From assembly GCA_964270895.1 (NCBI GenBank), contig OZ185444.1: a DNA stretch of 64,000 bases; one strand, written 5' to 3'. The DNA is from Podarcis filfolensis. Taxonomy: Eukaryota. Numbering within the stretch: the stretch's first letter is position 1; every line of letters begins with the position of its first letter. Below the pieces are notes generated by a model. The model did not search any database and had not been told where the DNA came from. It saw only the letters and a list, made by a program, of their open reading frames with translations. Shown piece by piece: positions 61,707-64,000 of the stretch. The position numbers and the translations under genes were made by a program.

Positions 61707-63284
61707 GCACAACCCTTCCAAGGGTCCCTGCTCTGAAATCTTCAAGTCCTGTCAGAGTAGTCCCATTTACTTGAGCAGCATTGATCCACAGAAAACATGA
61801 ACTAAGCAATTGTTTAGTGAGCATGTGGGCGTTTGAAAAGGGCTGCGTTGACTTTCTGTGAAGCACAGGGTTTCAAACCAGGCTTTCTGAGCATGATGTC
61901 ATATTGAACTGCTAAACTATGACATACAGCACAATGTCAAGATATGCTGCAGTTATATAATCTCCCTCTTCTTGCCTTTTGTCAAAGCACCCGGAGATTC
62001 AATAACATTAAAAATCTGCACCACACGAATAAATTGCAATATGCTTTGCTTGAATGATTTATCAAATAACTATTCAGATATTGCTTGTTGACTTTGGCCA
62101 TATACTATCTGTCACAGATAAAATGTCTGCATTATGGCTGGGTATAATCACTTCATTGGTTTGTAAATCTGGGAAGTCTCACAAACCCATGGGATGCCTC
62201 TAGGTTGTTAAATTTTTGATCTCTCCACTGAGCTTAAAATTGTGTCCAATCACCTGTAGGCAGACAGCTTTGTTTTGACTAACTATCTGAAGAGGGGTTT
62301 TTTTATTCCTTGTTTACTCTGACTGCTCCCTGGTATAAATTTCACTCTAGACACAGCATTTTCAAACATCTGCTTCTTGCTGGTCATGCCAGTTTGAGGA
62401 TATTCTAATCCCTTATGCTGAAGATGCGTCAATTTGGCTCGAGGTGAATTTTGTAGGATGGCAAAGTCTAAAAAGACTGCTGCTTCCTCTAGTCTGCCAT
62501 TATGCATTCCTTCTTGATAAAACACTGCTGTGTGTATATCTGAGGGGGAAAGAGGGTTGCGAGTGACATTTGAGCCTTCTGAACATTTACATCTTCCCTA
62601 TGTATTAGTACATTTATTTTTAAATGGTGTTTAAGAACCCGTGTCTATGAACAGATTGCTGAGCTACAGATGGCATGTTTCTTAAAATAATGCTTGGTTT
62701 TTCAAAGGTACTAAAACCTGATTTCTATTTCATGCAAGCACATGAGTACAATAAGGTATTTTCAGTTCTATATTGGTGCTAAATAAAGTCTATGCAGTTC
62801 CGTAGGAGAAATTAAATCTGTGTACTGGAGAACGTTGTTGGGGCTGGGAGCAAAATGTGCTCTCAACCTTTGAAACTGGGAGTGCTTTGCATATACATAT
62901 TGCATGCCCTTCAACTGTTCCAATTTGAGTGGGACATCCCAGAATTACTGGCTTCTGATTGGATCCTGGAATGCCCCGGAGTTTTTTTGTCCAGCACTGT
63001 GGTGCGAGTCAGCTGACTTGCCCCAGAGTACCAGTCCAAAATACGCTAATTTGGGGGCTAAATGCTCTTGCACAAATCAACTGGCTCACACAAGAGCACA
63101 GGACAGAAAAATGAGCATCCCGATTTTGATCAGCGGTATATTGGAGGGTGTGGTATCTGACTAGGCCAAGGGTGGGGGAACTTTTTTCAACTTGTGGAGG
63201 ATCTTCTGAAGGGGCTGATGTGAAAGTAAGGGGTGGGGCCATATGAAATTGGGAACTGCTAAATATGTAATAGGATGAAATCCA

Positions 63285-63450
63285 GATTGGAGGGCGTTGA
63301 GGAAGTCTTTTAGCAATGGGAATAAGAAGAAAAAAATCTTATTTTATTTTGTGTGTTTTTATTGTTGTTAAGTTTTTATGTTGTGTCAAATGTAATGTTT
63401 TTCTTTTGTGTTTTTGTCTATGTGTTATAAGAGAAAACTAATAATTTTTT
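63285..63450 (+). mobile_element. Probable L1 3' UTR tail remnant
   Basis: Purine-rich GGAGGG..GAGGAAG block followed by a T-rich tract, like the UTR ends at 32320-32560 and 60050-60190. Confidence 0.4.
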
Positions 63451-63633
63451 GGGGGGCGGAAGTAATGGGTGGGACAATAGGCAATAGTGGGTGGAGCGTA
63501 CACATGTGCACACACACACACTTCATCTGGGCAAGAAAGAATAAAAACATTTAAGAAGGATATAGAGCAGGACTGGTGAGAGGTGTGTCTTAGGGAGTCC
63601 TGAGATTCAGATAGAGAAGCCTAAATGGCCACA

Positions 63634-63829
63634 TTTGATTATTTTTATTTTATTTCTTGAATTTATATACTGCCCTTTACCTGGAGGTCTCAAGGCGGTC
63701 CACAGAACAAAATTAAAATATAAAAACACAAAATATATAATAAAAATAAAAACAACCCAATAACCTTCCCTCCCCCAAACCCCCCACATCTTAAAAGAGC
63801 ATAGGATGTCAATCAAATCAGCCAAAGCC
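63634..63829 (-). mobile_element. L2 LINE 3' end
   Basis: TTTATATACTGCCCTTTACCTGGAGGTCTCAAGGCGGTCCAC...ATAGGATGTCAATCAAATCAGCCAAAG. Confidence 0.85.
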
Positions 63830-64000
63830 CCAGCTTCATCATTTAGCTGCTTTGGGCAGCTGCTGGGACCACCACTGATGTCTGCCTTGGTCTGCCTCTC
63901 TCTATTGTTGTTGTTTTTTAATCCAGTGTCCAGCGCTCTGAATAAGCCCCACACCTGCCATTTTAATTTCTCATAGTGCTCTGAAATTTAGGAATTTACA

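Overview
This is vertebrate genomic DNA, almost certainly from a squamate reptile and probably a lacertid lizard (inferred from Sauria SINEs, BovB, squamate-type L1/CR1/L2 and small hAT/Tc1-mariner MITEs). It reads as AT-rich intronic or intergenic sequence. I could not support any host protein-coding gene, tRNA/rRNA gene or CRISPR array. Most ORF-track entries are chance ORFs, microsatellite read-throughs or transposon fragments. Many insertions have readable target-site duplications (TSDs). Two observations stand out. (1) A CpG-rich 969-bp insert (16751-17719) splits an L2 without a TSD, carries an inverted 65-aa SGNH/GDSL-esterase C-terminus that is not in the ORF track, and has two nested near-perfect inverted repeats. 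It is best read as a rearranged Ngaro/DIRS-type tyrosine-recombinase retrotransposon derivative. (2) Two solo LTRs of one family (25963-26595 and 31474-32856) both preserve an acidic, Trp-rich reading frame starting at LTR base 5, a candidate U3-encoded accessory protein. Smaller items include templated-insertion scars, a local duplication that preserves a SINE empty site, datable nested insertions and weak orphan exon/enhancer candidates. All family names come from motif recognition; no database search was run.
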